Below are positions 19,721 through 30,152 of a stretch of 64,000 nt of DNA, one piece after another. A model generated the notes under the pieces. It was not told the origin of the DNA and ran no database searches. It saw nothing but the letters and a program-made list of their open reading frames with translations. This stretch comes from a virus (lineage: Duplodnaviria > Caudoviricetes). The stretch lies in the IMG/VR virus record IMGVR_UViG_3300021387_001157, positions 1-64,000 of that record; one strand, written 5' to 3'. Each line of letters opens with the position of its first letter. Position 1 is the stretch's first letter. The position numbers and the translations under genes are program-made.

Positions 19721-21571
19721 ATGGCTACTAATAAAGCAATTAAATTTTACAGTAAGGCATATGAAGCCACAGGTGAAAACAGTGCATTGACATTTTCAAC
19801 AAACCACGCCGGTGCAATTGTATTCGACAAGACTACTCATTCGATTTATGTCGGAGGTGAGCAATATGGTGGTTCTAATTTAGTAGACGCTACTTTTAGT
19901 AGTGGTGTTCTCACAATCACTAAAAGAACTGGTGACCCAGTTCAACTTGATTTCTCATCACTTGCAACAACAGAAAATGTTATGAATGCTTTCAAGCAAC
20001 TACATACCGAAATTGATGCAATCGAAACTGGAGCAGGTCTTGGTGAAGGTGGTACATATACTGCAAACGATAGTGCAAACTACATTGCAGATGCAACTTC
20101 ATTGAAAGATGCTGACGATAAGTTGGATACAGCCGTTAAGAATATTTCCGACAGTCTTTTGGATGTAACAGACTTCAAATATTACATCAATGGTACGACA
20201 CCAACTACAACCACTATCAGAACTATTACGGAAAATAGTGAGTTGAAACCAGTTATCGATGTAACTGATGCAGTTGCAGTAGCAAACCCACTTACAACCA
20301 AGACTTATGTTGACAATAAGGTTGCCGCTTTGGATGGAACTGCAACAATCGCTTCAAAGAGTGGTAATGTTGTGACATTGAAGGCTGGTCTCACTGAAAC
20401 CGACGGTGTTGTTGCAAACAACAGTGATATAGACATCGTTCTCGAAGAGGTTGCAACAACTGGTGCAGCAGCCGATGTTAGTATTGCAGACAGTGGTAAC
20501 AAAATCACTGCAACCAATGTAGAAGATGCTTTGGCAGAACTCGCTGGCAGAATCACCGATACAACCGTTTCAGTTGATTCTAATGAAAAAATGCTTGCAA
20601 TGAGCAATACTAATGTTCTTTCAACAACATTGAGTGTTGCAATTGAGAAACAAGGTGAAAGTGGAAATCAGAAAGATTACATCGTCTTGAAGGGTATTGG
20701 TGATGCCGAGATTTCAAAGGTTGATGCTACTGCATTTGTAAAGGACGGTATGCTTTCTGGTGCTGAATTGGTTACTGCTGCAGAACAAGATGTTACCGAG
20801 GTAGTCCCTTATATTAAACTCACTTGGAACACAGACGCTGGTTCAACAGTTACACGTTTTTCTGTAAAATCTCTCGTTGATACTTACACAAGTGGTGATA
20901 CAAATGCTTTGACCATCAATGGTTATGTAATCACACCTAAAACAGGTGCAGTTGCACAGGATGCCGGTACATTGACAACTGGTGGTCAAGTTTATACCGC
21001 TATCCAGAATGCAACCAACCAGATTCAGACAATCACTGGTGAGACAGCAACCACACAAGGTGATTACATCAAGGTTAAAGTTAGTGCAGCAAAGGGTACA
21101 AACGATAACAACTATACCCTTTCAACAACTTCTAACGTAACAACACACGCTGTTTCAACAGCAGCAAGTGGTGCTGATGGTCTTGCAACTGCTCTTGATG
21201 TTAAGACTTATGTTGATGGTCAAGTTGGTACAGCAGTAAAGACTGTTGATGGTTCAGAAACCGAAAAAGCAAAAACTGTCACTGCAAGTAACTATGCAAC
21301 AGTCAAGGTTACTGCAACAACAGATTCAAGTAAGAATGTGACACTCGACAGTGCAATCGGTTTGACTGTTCAAGCAATGAGTAGTGCAGATTCTGAACAT
21401 ATGGGTCTCGCTGAGGCATCAGATGTTAAGTCTTATGTTGATACAAAAGCTGCTGTAACAAATAGTAATGCAACAATCCCAGTTAATTCTGCCACTGCAA
21501 CGACTCTTGCAACCGTTGGTGGAACCGCTATCACAGCACAAGCAAGTTTTGAATGGGAAGAATATTCATAG
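19721..21571 (+). CDS. Tail fibre / fibre-like structural protein
   Basis: Thr/Ala-rich; KTYVD repeats; FVKDGML motif; C-terminal WEEY. Confidence 0.65.
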   Translation: MATNKAIKFYSKAYEATGENSALTFSTNHAGAIVFDKTTHSIYVGGEQYGGSNLVDATFSSGVLTITKRTGDPVQLDFSSLATTENVMNAFKQLHTEIDAIETGAGLGEGGTYTANDSANYIADATSLKDADDKLDTAVKNISDSLLDVTDFKYYINGTTPTTTTIRTITENSELKPVIDVTDAVAVANPLTTKTYVDNKVAALDGTATIASKSGNVVTLKAGLTETDGVVANNSDIDIVLEEVATTGAAADVSIADSGNKITATNVEDALAELAGRITDTTVSVDSNEKMLAMSNTNVLSTTLSVAIEKQGESGNQKDYIVLKGIGDAEISKVDATAFVKDGMLSGAELVTAAEQDVTEVVPYIKLTWNTDAGSTVTRFSVKSLVDTYTSGDTNALTINGYVITPKTGAVAQDAGTLTTGGQVYTAIQNATNQIQTITGETATTQGDYIKVKVSAAKGTNDNNYTLSTTSNVTTHAVSTAASGADGLATALDVKTYVDGQVGTAVKTVDGSETEKAKTVTASNYATVKVTATTDSSKNVTLDSAIGLTVQAMSSADSEHMGLAEASDVKSYVDTKAAVTNSNATIPVNSATATTLATVGGTAITAQASFEWEEYS

Positions 21572-21660
21572 TATAAAATGTATAGAATAACGTCAGTCGG
21601 GTATTACCCGACTGACTTATTTTAAGTTTTCATAAATAAGTTAAATAAAGAAACTAATAT

Positions 21661-22746
21661 ATGGCTAATAACGTAAGATTTTATAAACTTAGTTCCTTAC
21701 CAACATTTGATGCAAACATTCATACGGGTATATTCGTCCACTTGACTACTGCATATAATGATGGTACGACTAACCGTCCAGAAGGTCTTTGGTTCGGTGG
21801 TAGAGTTGGATGGGAATATTTGACTAATGCATCAGACACATCTTCAATTACAAATATTGTAACTGCTGCAATTGAGAACCTTGATGCAAACACTGTTGCA
21901 ACTTTGGTTGCATCTCCATCCAGTAGTGGAAGTGGTACAACCCTCACACTAAAAGGTGTTAAAGAAGATGATGGTTTTATCAGTCAAGGTACCGGTACAA
22001 GTACCGTGACAATCGGTGCCGGTAAACTGAAAATCGGTGTCGGTGCAACTGGTGTCCCATCTGACCTTTTTGGTGCAAACGATACTGGAGATACTGTTTT
22101 GGTTTTGGATGATACTCAATTAAACTATAATACATCTACCCATACACTCGGAGTAATTACAAACCGTACCACTAGTGCAAGCAATAAGATTGCAACAATG
22201 GATGATATTCTTTCTATTAGTGGAGCAATGCACTATAAAGGAGTTTTAAACTCTGACTCAGACTTTCCATCAACAACTGAACCAGGTGATGTTTATATTG
22301 TGGCAACTGAATTCACACATGGTGGTACCAAATATGAAGTTGGTGATATGGTTGTGTATGGTGATAATGGTTCCATGAACATAGTTCAGTCCAATGAGAC
22401 AATCGGTGTCTTTAGTGGTCAGATTGCAGAAAATGATGGAGACCTCACCAGCGGTCGTATTGTTGTTGCAACCGGAAGTGGTATTGCAACATCAAATTAC
22501 AGTCTATCTGATGGTGCTTCATCGAGAACACTAACAATTAATGATGATGCAACAACAACTGATGGTGTGACCCATTATACAAGTATTGAGGATAGTCTCA
22601 CAATTCTTGGTGAAAGTAGAGGAATTAGACTTGTCATAGGTTCTATTAACCCAAGTATTGAGGTGAAAGAAGGTGGTTCTTCAGACCAAACTGTGAAGAT
22701 TGATTTGGTGTGGAACACGAGTGTTCCTACATTAAATGGTGACTAA
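21661..22746 (+). CDS. Tail-fibre-associated protein
   Basis: GAMHYKG...PGDVYIV...EVGDMVV carbohydrate-binding-like module; late motif 21631-21638. Confidence 0.6.
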   Translation: MANNVRFYKLSSLPTFDANIHTGIFVHLTTAYNDGTTNRPEGLWFGGRVGWEYLTNASDTSSITNIVTAAIENLDANTVATLVASPSSSGSGTTLTLKGVKEDDGFISQGTGTSTVTIGAGKLKIGVGATGVPSDLFGANDTGDTVLVLDDTQLNYNTSTHTLGVITNRTTSASNKIATMDDILSISGAMHYKGVLNSDSDFPSTTEPGDVYIVATEFTHGGTKYEVGDMVVYGDNGSMNIVQSNETIGVFSGQIAENDGDLTSGRIVVATGSGIATSNYSLSDGASSRTLTINDDATTTDGVTHYTSIEDSLTILGESRGIRLVIGSINPSIEVKEGGSSDQTVKIDLVWNTSVPTLNGD

Positions 22747-22767
22747 TCTATTAGTAACTAATAAGAT

Positions 22768-22889
22768 AAAAAAGAGTTCTGACAATTCAGAACTCTTTTT
22801 TTTTACTATAATAGTTTCAATTTACTATAAATTTAATCAATATAAAAAATAAAAAAGAGAGTTCATTTTTTTTGAAGTCTCTTTTTTTT
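22768..22889. terminator. Two terminators between convergent fibre and LRR genes
   Basis: AAGAGTTCTG..CAGAACTCTT and AAAGAGAG..CTCTTTT. Confidence 0.75.
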
Positions 22890-22899
22890 ATTTAAATTA

Positions 22900-25308
22900 T
22901 TATTGTATTTTTTGTATTTTAGATGCTTTACTGTTCCAATTTTTTGTTCCTTTATACTTTTCTACACTTCCCGCTGGTACATAGATTGTATAATTTGCAT
23001 GAGTTGGAAGTGTATCAGATTTTATAGTTGGAGGAGTTGTGTTTAATGATGTAATTGAAGTAATACCACTACAATTCCAGAAAGCACTACTTCCAATACT
23101 TGCCACTTTGTTACCTATTGTGACTGAAGTAAGACCTCTACAAATATAGAAAGCCATATCTCCAATACTTGTCACATTGTTAGGTATTGTAATAGAGGTA
23201 AGACCAGTACAATTATTGAAAGCACTATGTCCGATACTTGTCACATTGTTACCTATTGTTACAGAAGTAAGACCAGCACAACCATTGAAAGCACTATTTC
23301 CAATATTTGTCACTAAATTAGGTATTGTTACAGATGTAAGACCACTACTAGCGAAAGCACTATCTCCAATACTTGTCACATTGTTAGGTATTGTAATAGA
23401 GGTAAGACCTCTACAACCACCGAAAGCACTATTTCCAATACTTATCACGGAGTTTGGTATTATTGTATTTTTACATCCAGCAATTAACTTATTAGTTGAT
23501 GTCTCTATGATGGCGTTACAATTATCACGACTATCATATTTATTATTACTATTAGAAACTACCATTGAAGTAATACAACTACAACCCCAGAAAGCACCAT
23601 CTACAATACTTTCCACGGAATCTGGTATCGTGACAGAAGTAAGACCAGTACAATTACCGAAAGCACTTTGTCCAATACTTTTCACAGAGTTAGGTATTGT
23701 TACAGAAGTAAGACTAGTACAATTACCGAAAGCACTTTGTCCAATACTTTCCACGGAATTTCCTATCGTGACAGAAGTAAGACCAGTATTATAGAAAGCA
23801 TTTCTTCCAATGCTTTCCACGGAGTCTGGTATTGTTACAGAAGTAAGACTAGTACAGAACTCGAAAGCATCTGGTCCAATACTTGTTACAGAATTACCTA
23901 TTGTGACAGAAGTAAGAGATTCACACATAGAGAAAGCACTATGTCCAATACTTGTCACTGAATCTGGTATTGTGATTGAAGTAAGATTCCAGCATTCCTC
24001 GAAAGCATTACTTCCAATACTTGTCACATTTCCTTTAAAAGTAATAATTCCAACACCATTTTTATAAACATTACTTACGATGTTTGCACCGAAAACATTT
24101 GGCTTTGGATTCACTACATTTTTATCACTACTTGTATAGTGAATATAAGTGTTTGGAATTTGAGGTTTTCTCATTCTAACAAAATTGATTGGGAAGATTC
24201 TTTCAGAGTAAGAACTCAAAGTTGACTTATAGGTTTCAAGAGATTCTCTTAGGACAAAGATTTTCGTAGTATTTGGTAATGCACTATTATTTAAATTTGG
24301 TGGAGTTTGTGGCATACAGATTATATGTGTTAAATTTCGACAATTATAGAAAGATTCATCTCCAATACTTTCCACCGAGTTACCTATTGTGACAGAAGTA
24401 AGACTAGTACACTCAAAGAAAGCTCCATCTCCAATACTTGTCACGGAGTCTGGTATTGTGATTGAAGTAAGATTCCAGCATTCATCGAAAGCACCACCTC
24501 CAATACTTGTCACAGAGTTAGGTATTGTGACAGAAGTAAGACCAGTACACATAGAGAAAGCACCACCTCCAATACTTGTCACGTTGTTAGGTATTGTTAC
24601 AGAAGTAAGACCAGTACACTCATAGAAAGCACTATTTCCAATACTTGTCACGGAGTCGGGTATTATTGTGTTTTTACAACCAACAATTAACGTATTAGTT
24701 GATGTCTCTATGATGGCGTTACAATTATTACGACTATCATATTTATTATTACTATTAGAAACTACTATTGAACTAAGACCACTACAACCATCGAAATATA
24801 CTTGTTCAATATTTTCCACTGAGTTACCTATTGTGACAGAAGTAAGACCATAACAATTTTCGAAAGTACTATCTCCAATACTTGTCACTGAGTCAGGTAT
24901 TGTAACAGAAGTAAGACTTTCACAATGTCGGAAAGCATATTCTCCAATACTTTCCACAGAGTTACCTATTGTGACAGAAGTAAGACCAGTACAAAATGTG
25001 AAAGCATGACTTCCAATACTTGTCACTGAGTCAGGTATTGTAACAGAAGTAAGACTTCTACAATCACTGAAAGCCCTACTTCCAATACTTGTCACTGAGT
25101 CAGGTATTGTAACAGAAGTAAGACTTCTACAATCACTGAAAGCACGACCTCCAATACTTGTCACATCACCATCAAAAGTAATAATTCCAATTCCATTTTC
25201 ATAAACATTATTTACTATGTTTGCACCGAAAACATTTTGCTTAGATGGAGTCACTACATTTCCATCACTACTTGTATAGTGAATCTGATTATTAGGTATA
25301 TTTGCCAT
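22900..25308 (-). CDS. BspA-type (LRR_5) leucine-rich repeat protein, two tandem modules
   Basis: Many 23-aa CxxLTSVTIPxSVTSIGxxAF repeats with N-cap IPNNQIHYTSSDG and C-cap TPPT..IYVP. Confidence 0.9.
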   Translation of the reverse strand: MANIPNNQIHYTSSDGNVVTPSKQNVFGANIVNNVYENGIGIITFDGDVTSIGGRAFSDCRSLTSVTIPDSVTSIGSRAFSDCRSLTSVTIPDSVTSIGSHAFTFCTGLTSVTIGNSVESIGEYAFRHCESLTSVTIPDSVTSIGDSTFENCYGLTSVTIGNSVENIEQVYFDGCSGLSSIVVSNSNNKYDSRNNCNAIIETSTNTLIVGCKNTIIPDSVTSIGNSAFYECTGLTSVTIPNNVTSIGGGAFSMCTGLTSVTIPNSVTSIGGGAFDECWNLTSITIPDSVTSIGDGAFFECTSLTSVTIGNSVESIGDESFYNCRNLTHIICMPQTPPNLNNSALPNTTKIFVLRESLETYKSTLSSYSERIFPINFVRMRKPQIPNTYIHYTSSDKNVVNPKPNVFGANIVSNVYKNGVGIITFKGNVTSIGSNAFEECWNLTSITIPDSVTSIGHSAFSMCESLTSVTIGNSVTSIGPDAFEFCTSLTSVTIPDSVESIGRNAFYNTGLTSVTIGNSVESIGQSAFGNCTSLTSVTIPNSVKSIGQSAFGNCTGLTSVTIPDSVESIVDGAFWGCSCITSMVVSNSNNKYDSRDNCNAIIETSTNKLIAGCKNTIIPNSVISIGNSAFGGCRGLTSITIPNNVTSIGDSAFASSGLTSVTIPNLVTNIGNSAFNGCAGLTSVTIGNNVTSIGHSAFNNCTGLTSITIPNNVTSIGDMAFYICRGLTSVTIGNKVASIGSSAFWNCSGITSITSLNTTPPTIKSDTLPTHANYTIYVPAGSVEKYKGTKNWNSKASKIQKIQ

Positions 25309-25378
25309 ATATTTTTTTTGATTATATACTTTATTTATGAAATTTTGTTATCTTTAATGTAACAATATTTTTTTAATT

Positions 25379-25978
25379 ATGAAATGGATAGGATTTAACA
25401 GAAACGACCCTGAGCAAAGGCAGTTTGAGTTTGACGATGCTGAGGTCACAAATACAGAACCGAAGCAATACAGTGTTAGGTTTATAGACACAAACGAAAA
25501 TGTGAGTATTCCTTGTGAATCGGTATTCAAACTCAAACCGGTGAAACCTTTCAAAAGAAAGACACAAGTTCAGGTTAATGAACAGATAGAACATCCAAAT
25601 GAAGATGTGGAAAACCAACCGGAAGAAATGGACGAAGAACTACAAAAGGAGATAGAGGATGAACTGAAACCGAAATGGAATAAAAGACAAGAATCGATTC
25701 CAGACATATCCTTGGAAGAAACACCGAAACCCCAAAAGAAGCAACCTGTAAGAAAAAAGAAAGTTATTTCTACTGAAGCACAAATCGATGTTCAAACGAC
25801 AGAACATAAATACGAGTATAAAACAATACTCGAAGATTTTGAAAACATCGATTTGTTGCAAGAATCGTTGAACAAACTTGGTGACGAATGTTGGGAGTTG
25901 ATAAATTTCGAAATTGTAAAATCTATGTTTCCTAATAAATCGAGATTGTTTTGTATTCTAAAAAGAAACAAACAATGA
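25379..25978 (+). CDS. Hypothetical protein with C-terminal DUF4177-like domain
   Basis: YEYKTI...LQESLNKLGDECWELI...FCILKR. Confidence 0.55.
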   Translation: MKWIGFNRNDPEQRQFEFDDAEVTNTEPKQYSVRFIDTNENVSIPCESVFKLKPVKPFKRKTQVQVNEQIEHPNEDVENQPEEMDEELQKEIEDELKPKWNKRQESIPDISLEETPKPQKKQPVRKKKVISTEAQIDVQTTEHKYEYKTILEDFENIDLLQESLNKLGDECWELINFEIVKSMFPNKSRLFCILKRNKQ

Positions 25979-25982
25979 AAAA

Positions 25983-26180
25983 ATGGCATATATAGACATT
26001 ACCGAAGAAGAGGCAGTCGTAATCGCCGACTCGATAAGAGTTGCACACGAAGAAGGACAGATAGAAGATGAATATACTGCATTCTACCTGTTGCAGTCGT
26101 TCAAGAGAGAATTTCCGAATATGGAAAATTTGTTCGACTTTATGGATTACGAATTTTCCAAAAACTTCGACGAAGAATAG
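25983..26180 (+). CDS. Hypothetical acidic protein
   Basis: 65-aa ORF in operon. Confidence 0.55.
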   Translation: MAYIDITEEEAVVIADSIRVAHEEGQIEDEYTAFYLLQSFKREFPNMENLFDFMDYEFSKNFDEE

Positions 26181-26209
26181 ATTGGTTATTTTTTAATTCA
26201 AAAAAGAGT

Positions 26210-26647
26210 ATGACGATAAAAGAAAGATTGACAGAGGACATGAAGTCCTTTATGAGAAACAAGGAGACTGTGAAACTGAACACGGTCAGAATGGTAAAGA
26301 AAAACGTAACCGAATTGGAAACCTCGTCTGGACATTCCGGCGAGGCAACTGACGATGAAATTTTGAAAATCATTCAGAAGATGGTGAAACAAGGAACCGA
26401 CACGGCGAGGATATATAAAGAACAAGGACGTGACGACCTATATAAAGAGGAATCCGAACAACTCGATGTGTTGAAAGAATATCTTCCAAAACAACTGACG
26501 GAAGATGAGATTTCGAAAGAAATTGACAAAGTGATGTCGGAAACGGGTCTCAGTCAGATGGGACCTCTTATGAAGGAGCTGAATAAAAGACTCGCCGGTA
26601 GAGCAGATGGAAAGACAATATCGAATATATTGAAAACTAAGTTATAA
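26210..26647 (+). CDS. yqeY: GatB/YqeY-domain protein
   Basis: LTEDMKSFMRNKE..LNTVRM..IQKMVKQ..YKEQGRDDL..E..VL.EYLPKQL..MGPLMK..GRADGK. Confidence 0.9.
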   Translation: MTIKERLTEDMKSFMRNKETVKLNTVRMVKKNVTELETSSGHSGEATDDEILKIIQKMVKQGTDTARIYKEQGRDDLYKEESEQLDVLKEYLPKQLTEDEISKEIDKVMSETGLSQMGPLMKELNKRLAGRADGKTISNILKTKL

Positions 26648-26648
26648 T

Positions 26649-26683
26649 AAAAAAGAGAGTTCATTTTTTGAACTCTCTTTTTT
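26649..26683. terminator. Bidirectional terminator (near-copy of 22851-22889)
   Basis: AAAAAAGAGAGTTCA-TTTT-TGAACTCTCTTTTTT. Confidence 0.8.
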
Positions 26684-26692
26684 ATATTTAAA

Positions 26693-29600
26693 TTATTGTT
26701 GTATTGCTTCTATTTGAGATGCTATCCTTTCCCATGCTCCCTTATATGCATTTACACTTTCAGCAGGTACATAGATTGTATAAGTTTTATGAGATGGAAG
26801 TGTTGGATAGTACGACAACTGTATTGTTGGAGGAGTTGTGCTTAAAAATGTAATTGAAGTAATACTATCACAGCCATTAAAAACCCATTCTCCCATACTT
26901 GTCACTGAGTTACCTATTGTGACAGAAGTAAGACCAGTACACTTATTGAAAGCATAATTACCAATAGTCGTTACGGAATTTGGTATATTAATTGAAGTAA
27001 GACCAGTACAAAACGAGAAAGCACTTTGTCCAATACTTGTCACTGAATCTGGTATTGTGATAGAAGTAAGACCACTGCAACCACCGAAAGCATAATCTCC
27101 AATACTTGTCACGGAGTTAGGTATAGTAATTGAAGTAAGACCAGTACAATGATTGAAAGCATTTTGTCCAATACTTGTCATTTTATTACCTAATGTGACT
27201 GAAGTTAGATTATTACAATTATAGAAAGCACCATTTCCAATACTTGTCACTGAATCTGGTATTGTGATAGAAGTAAGACCAGTACAACCTTCAAAAGCAC
27301 GACTTCCGATACTTGTCACAGACTCAGGTATTATTGTATTTTTACATCCAAGAATTAACGTATTAGTTGATGTCTCTATTATAGCATTACAATTATCTCT
27401 ACTATCATATTTAGTATTACCTTCAGAAACTATTATTGAAGTAAGACCACTACAACCATTGAAAACGCCATTTCCAATACTTGTTACAGAATCTGGTATT
27501 GTGATAGAAGTAAGACCACTGCAACCTTCAAAAGCAGAATCTCCAATATCTGTCACTTTATTACCTAATGTGACTGAAGTTAGATTATTACAACTTTGGA
27601 AAGCTTGTTTTCCAATACTTGTTACTGAGTCAGGTATATTGATTGAAGTAAGACCAGTACAACTTTGGAAAGCTTGATTTCCAATACTTGTTACTGAGTC
27701 AGGTATATTGATTGAAGTAAGACCAGTACAATTATAGAAAGTATCATATCCAATACTTGCCACTTTGTTACCTATTGTGACAGAAGTAAGACTAGTACAA
27801 TTCGAGAAAGCACCGTCAATACTTGTCACTGAGTTAGGTATTGTGATTGAAGTAAGACCAGCACAATCATAGAAAGCATAATTACCAATAGTCGTTACGG
27901 AATTTGGTATATTAATTGAAGTAAGACCACTACAACCTTCAAAAGCATATTCTCCAATACTTGTCACTGAATCTGGTATTGTGACAGAAGTAAGAGATTC
28001 ACACATAGAGAAAGCACCATCTTCAATACTTGTCACTGAATCTGGTATTGTGACTGAAGTAAGACCAGTACAATTACTGAAAGTCCAACTTCCAATATTT
28101 GTCACATCACCATCAAAAGTAATAATTCCAATACCATTTTCATAAACATTACTTACTATGTTTGCACCAAAAACGTCTGTACCATATGGAGTTACCACTT
28201 TTCCATCACTAGTTGTATAGTGAATTTCATTGTTTGGAATTGTTTGAATTTGAGGTTTTCTCATTCTAACAAAATTGATTGGGAAGATTCTTTCAGAGTA
28301 AGAACTCAAAGTTGACTTATATGTTTCAAGTGATTCTCTTGGTACAAAGATTTTTGTAGTATCTGGTAATGCAGTACTATCTAAAGTTGGTGGAGTTTGT
28401 GACATACAGATTATATGTGTTAAATTTGTACAACCATTGAAAGCACTTTCTCCAATACTTTCAACGGAATTACCTATCGTGACAGAAGTCAAACCACTAC
28501 AATAATAGAAAGCATAATCTCCAATACTTTTCACAGAATTAGGTATTGTGATAGAAGTAAGACTAGTACAATTAATGAAAGCATAATTTCCAATACTTTC
28601 CACTTTATTACCTATTGTGACTGAAGTAAGCATTCTACAACCTTGGAAAGTATTATTTCCAATACTTGCCACTTTGTTACCTATTGTGACAGAAGTAAGT
28701 CTACTACAACCATTGAAAGCACTACCTCCAATACTTGTAACAGAGTCTGGTATTGTGATAGAAGTAAGACGATTACAATAATCGAAAGCATTACTTCCAA
28801 TACTTTCCACTTTATTACCTATTGTGACAGAAGTAAGACTTTCACAACCTTGGAAAGCATTATCTCCAATACTTTCCACTTTATTACCTATTGTAACAGA
28901 AGTAAGACCATAACAATTTTTGAAAACATTATCTCCAATACTTGTTACTGAGTTGGGAATAATTACATTATTACCAGTTATTGTAGTGTCAGCACCGACT
29001 AAAGTAGTTTTAGTACTATCGGTGTATAAAAATCCATTTTCAAAAGTACAATTTCTATAAGTTGCACCCCAATTATTATTACCAGTATCAGTTGCATTTC
29101 CAGTATAAATAATATTAGTAACTCCATTGAAAGCACCATCTCCAATACTTGTTACAGAATTAGGAATATCAATTGAAAGTAATTTAGTACAACCACTGAA
29201 AGCATAATATTCAATACTTTCCACTGAGTCAGGTATTGTGACTGAAGTCAGACTAGTACAACCTTGGAAAGTATTACTTCCAATACTTGTCACAGAGTTG
29301 GGTATAGTGACTGAAGTAAGACGAGTACAACCTTGGAAAGCATTACTTCCAATACTTGTCACAGAGTTGGGTATAGTGACTGAAGTAAGACGAGTACAAC
29401 CTTGGAAAGCATTACTTCCAATACTTGCCACAGAGTTGGGTATAGTGACTGAAGTAAGACGAGTACAACCTTGGAAAGCATTACTTCCAATACTTGCCAC
29501 TTTGTTACCTATTGTGACAGAAGTAAGACCATAACAATTTTTGAAAACATTATCTCCAATACTTGTTACTGAGTCAGGTATTGTAACAGAAGTAAGACTT

Positions 29601-30058
29601 TCACAATCTTGGAAAGCATAATTTCCAATACTTTCCACTTTATTACCTATTGTGACAGAAGTAAGTCTACTACAACCTTGGAAAGCATTTTGTCCAATAC
29701 TTGCCACTTTGTTACCTATTGTGACAGAAGTAAGTCTACTACAACCATTGAAAGCAGACTTTCCAATACTTGTTACAGAGTTGGGTATTGTGACTGAAGT
29801 AAGAGTACTACAATTCCAGAAAGCATTATTTCCAATACTTGTCACTGAGTCAGGTATTGTGACAGAAGTAAGACCATAACAATTATAGAAAGCATAACTT
29901 CCAATACTTGTCACATTTCCTTTAAAAGTAATAATTCCAATACCATTTTCATAAACATTGGTATCGATTTCTGCACCGAAAATATTTGATGCATGTGGAG
30001 TCACTACATTTCCATCACTACTTGTGTACCAAATTTGATTATTAGGTATATTTGCCAT
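26693..30058 (-). CDS. BspA-type (LRR_5) leucine-rich repeat protein, two tandem modules
   Basis: Paralogue of 22900-25308 with more repeats; near-identical upstream region, linker and terminator. Confidence 0.9.
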   Translation of the reverse strand: MANIPNNQIWYTSSDGNVVTPHASNIFGAEIDTNVYENGIGIITFKGNVTSIGSYAFYNCYGLTSVTIPDSVTSIGNNAFWNCSTLTSVTIPNSVTSIGKSAFNGCSRLTSVTIGNKVASIGQNAFQGCSRLTSVTIGNKVESIGNYAFQDCESLTSVTIPDSVTSIGDNVFKNCYGLTSVTIGNKVASIGSNAFQGCTRLTSVTIPNSVASIGSNAFQGCTRLTSVTIPNSVTSIGSNAFQGCTRLTSVTIPNSVTSIGSNTFQGCTSLTSVTIPDSVESIEYYAFSGCTKLLSIDIPNSVTSIGDGAFNGVTNIIYTGNATDTGNNNWGATYRNCTFENGFLYTDSTKTTLVGADTTITGNNVIIPNSVTSIGDNVFKNCYGLTSVTIGNKVESIGDNAFQGCESLTSVTIGNKVESIGSNAFDYCNRLTSITIPDSVTSIGGSAFNGCSRLTSVTIGNKVASIGNNTFQGCRMLTSVTIGNKVESIGNYAFINCTSLTSITIPNSVKSIGDYAFYYCSGLTSVTIGNSVESIGESAFNGCTNLTHIICMSQTPPTLDSTALPDTTKIFVPRESLETYKSTLSSYSERIFPINFVRMRKPQIQTIPNNEIHYTTSDGKVVTPYGTDVFGANIVSNVYENGIGIITFDGDVTNIGSWTFSNCTGLTSVTIPDSVTSIEDGAFSMCESLTSVTIPDSVTSIGEYAFEGCSGLTSINIPNSVTTIGNYAFYDCAGLTSITIPNSVTSIDGAFSNCTSLTSVTIGNKVASIGYDTFYNCTGLTSINIPDSVTSIGNQAFQSCTGLTSINIPDSVTSIGKQAFQSCNNLTSVTLGNKVTDIGDSAFEGCSGLTSITIPDSVTSIGNGVFNGCSGLTSIIVSEGNTKYDSRDNCNAIIETSTNTLILGCKNTIIPESVTSIGSRAFEGCTGLTSITIPDSVTSIGNGAFYNCNNLTSVTLGNKMTSIGQNAFNHCTGLTSITIPNSVTSIGDYAFGGCSGLTSITIPDSVTSIGQSAFSFCTGLTSINIPNSVTTIGNYAFNKCTGLTSVTIGNSVTSMGEWVFNGCDSITSITFLSTTPPTIQLSYYPTLPSHKTYTIYVPAESVNAYKGAWERIASQIEAIQQ

Positions 30059-30152
30059 ATATTTTTTTTTTGATTATATACTTTATTTATGAAATTTCAA
30101 ATTTTAATTCTTTACATAAATATATAAGAATGTATTTTAAATATATAATCAT

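Noticed and set aside
23177-29879. Plus-strand ORFs within the LRR genes
   Set aside because: Antisense shadows of the repetitive LRR coding sequence
22900-30058. Diversity-generating retroelement acting on the LRR genes
   Set aside because: No reverse transcriptase or non-coding template repeat in the window; variation looks like whole-unit shuffling. A distant DGR cannot be excluded.
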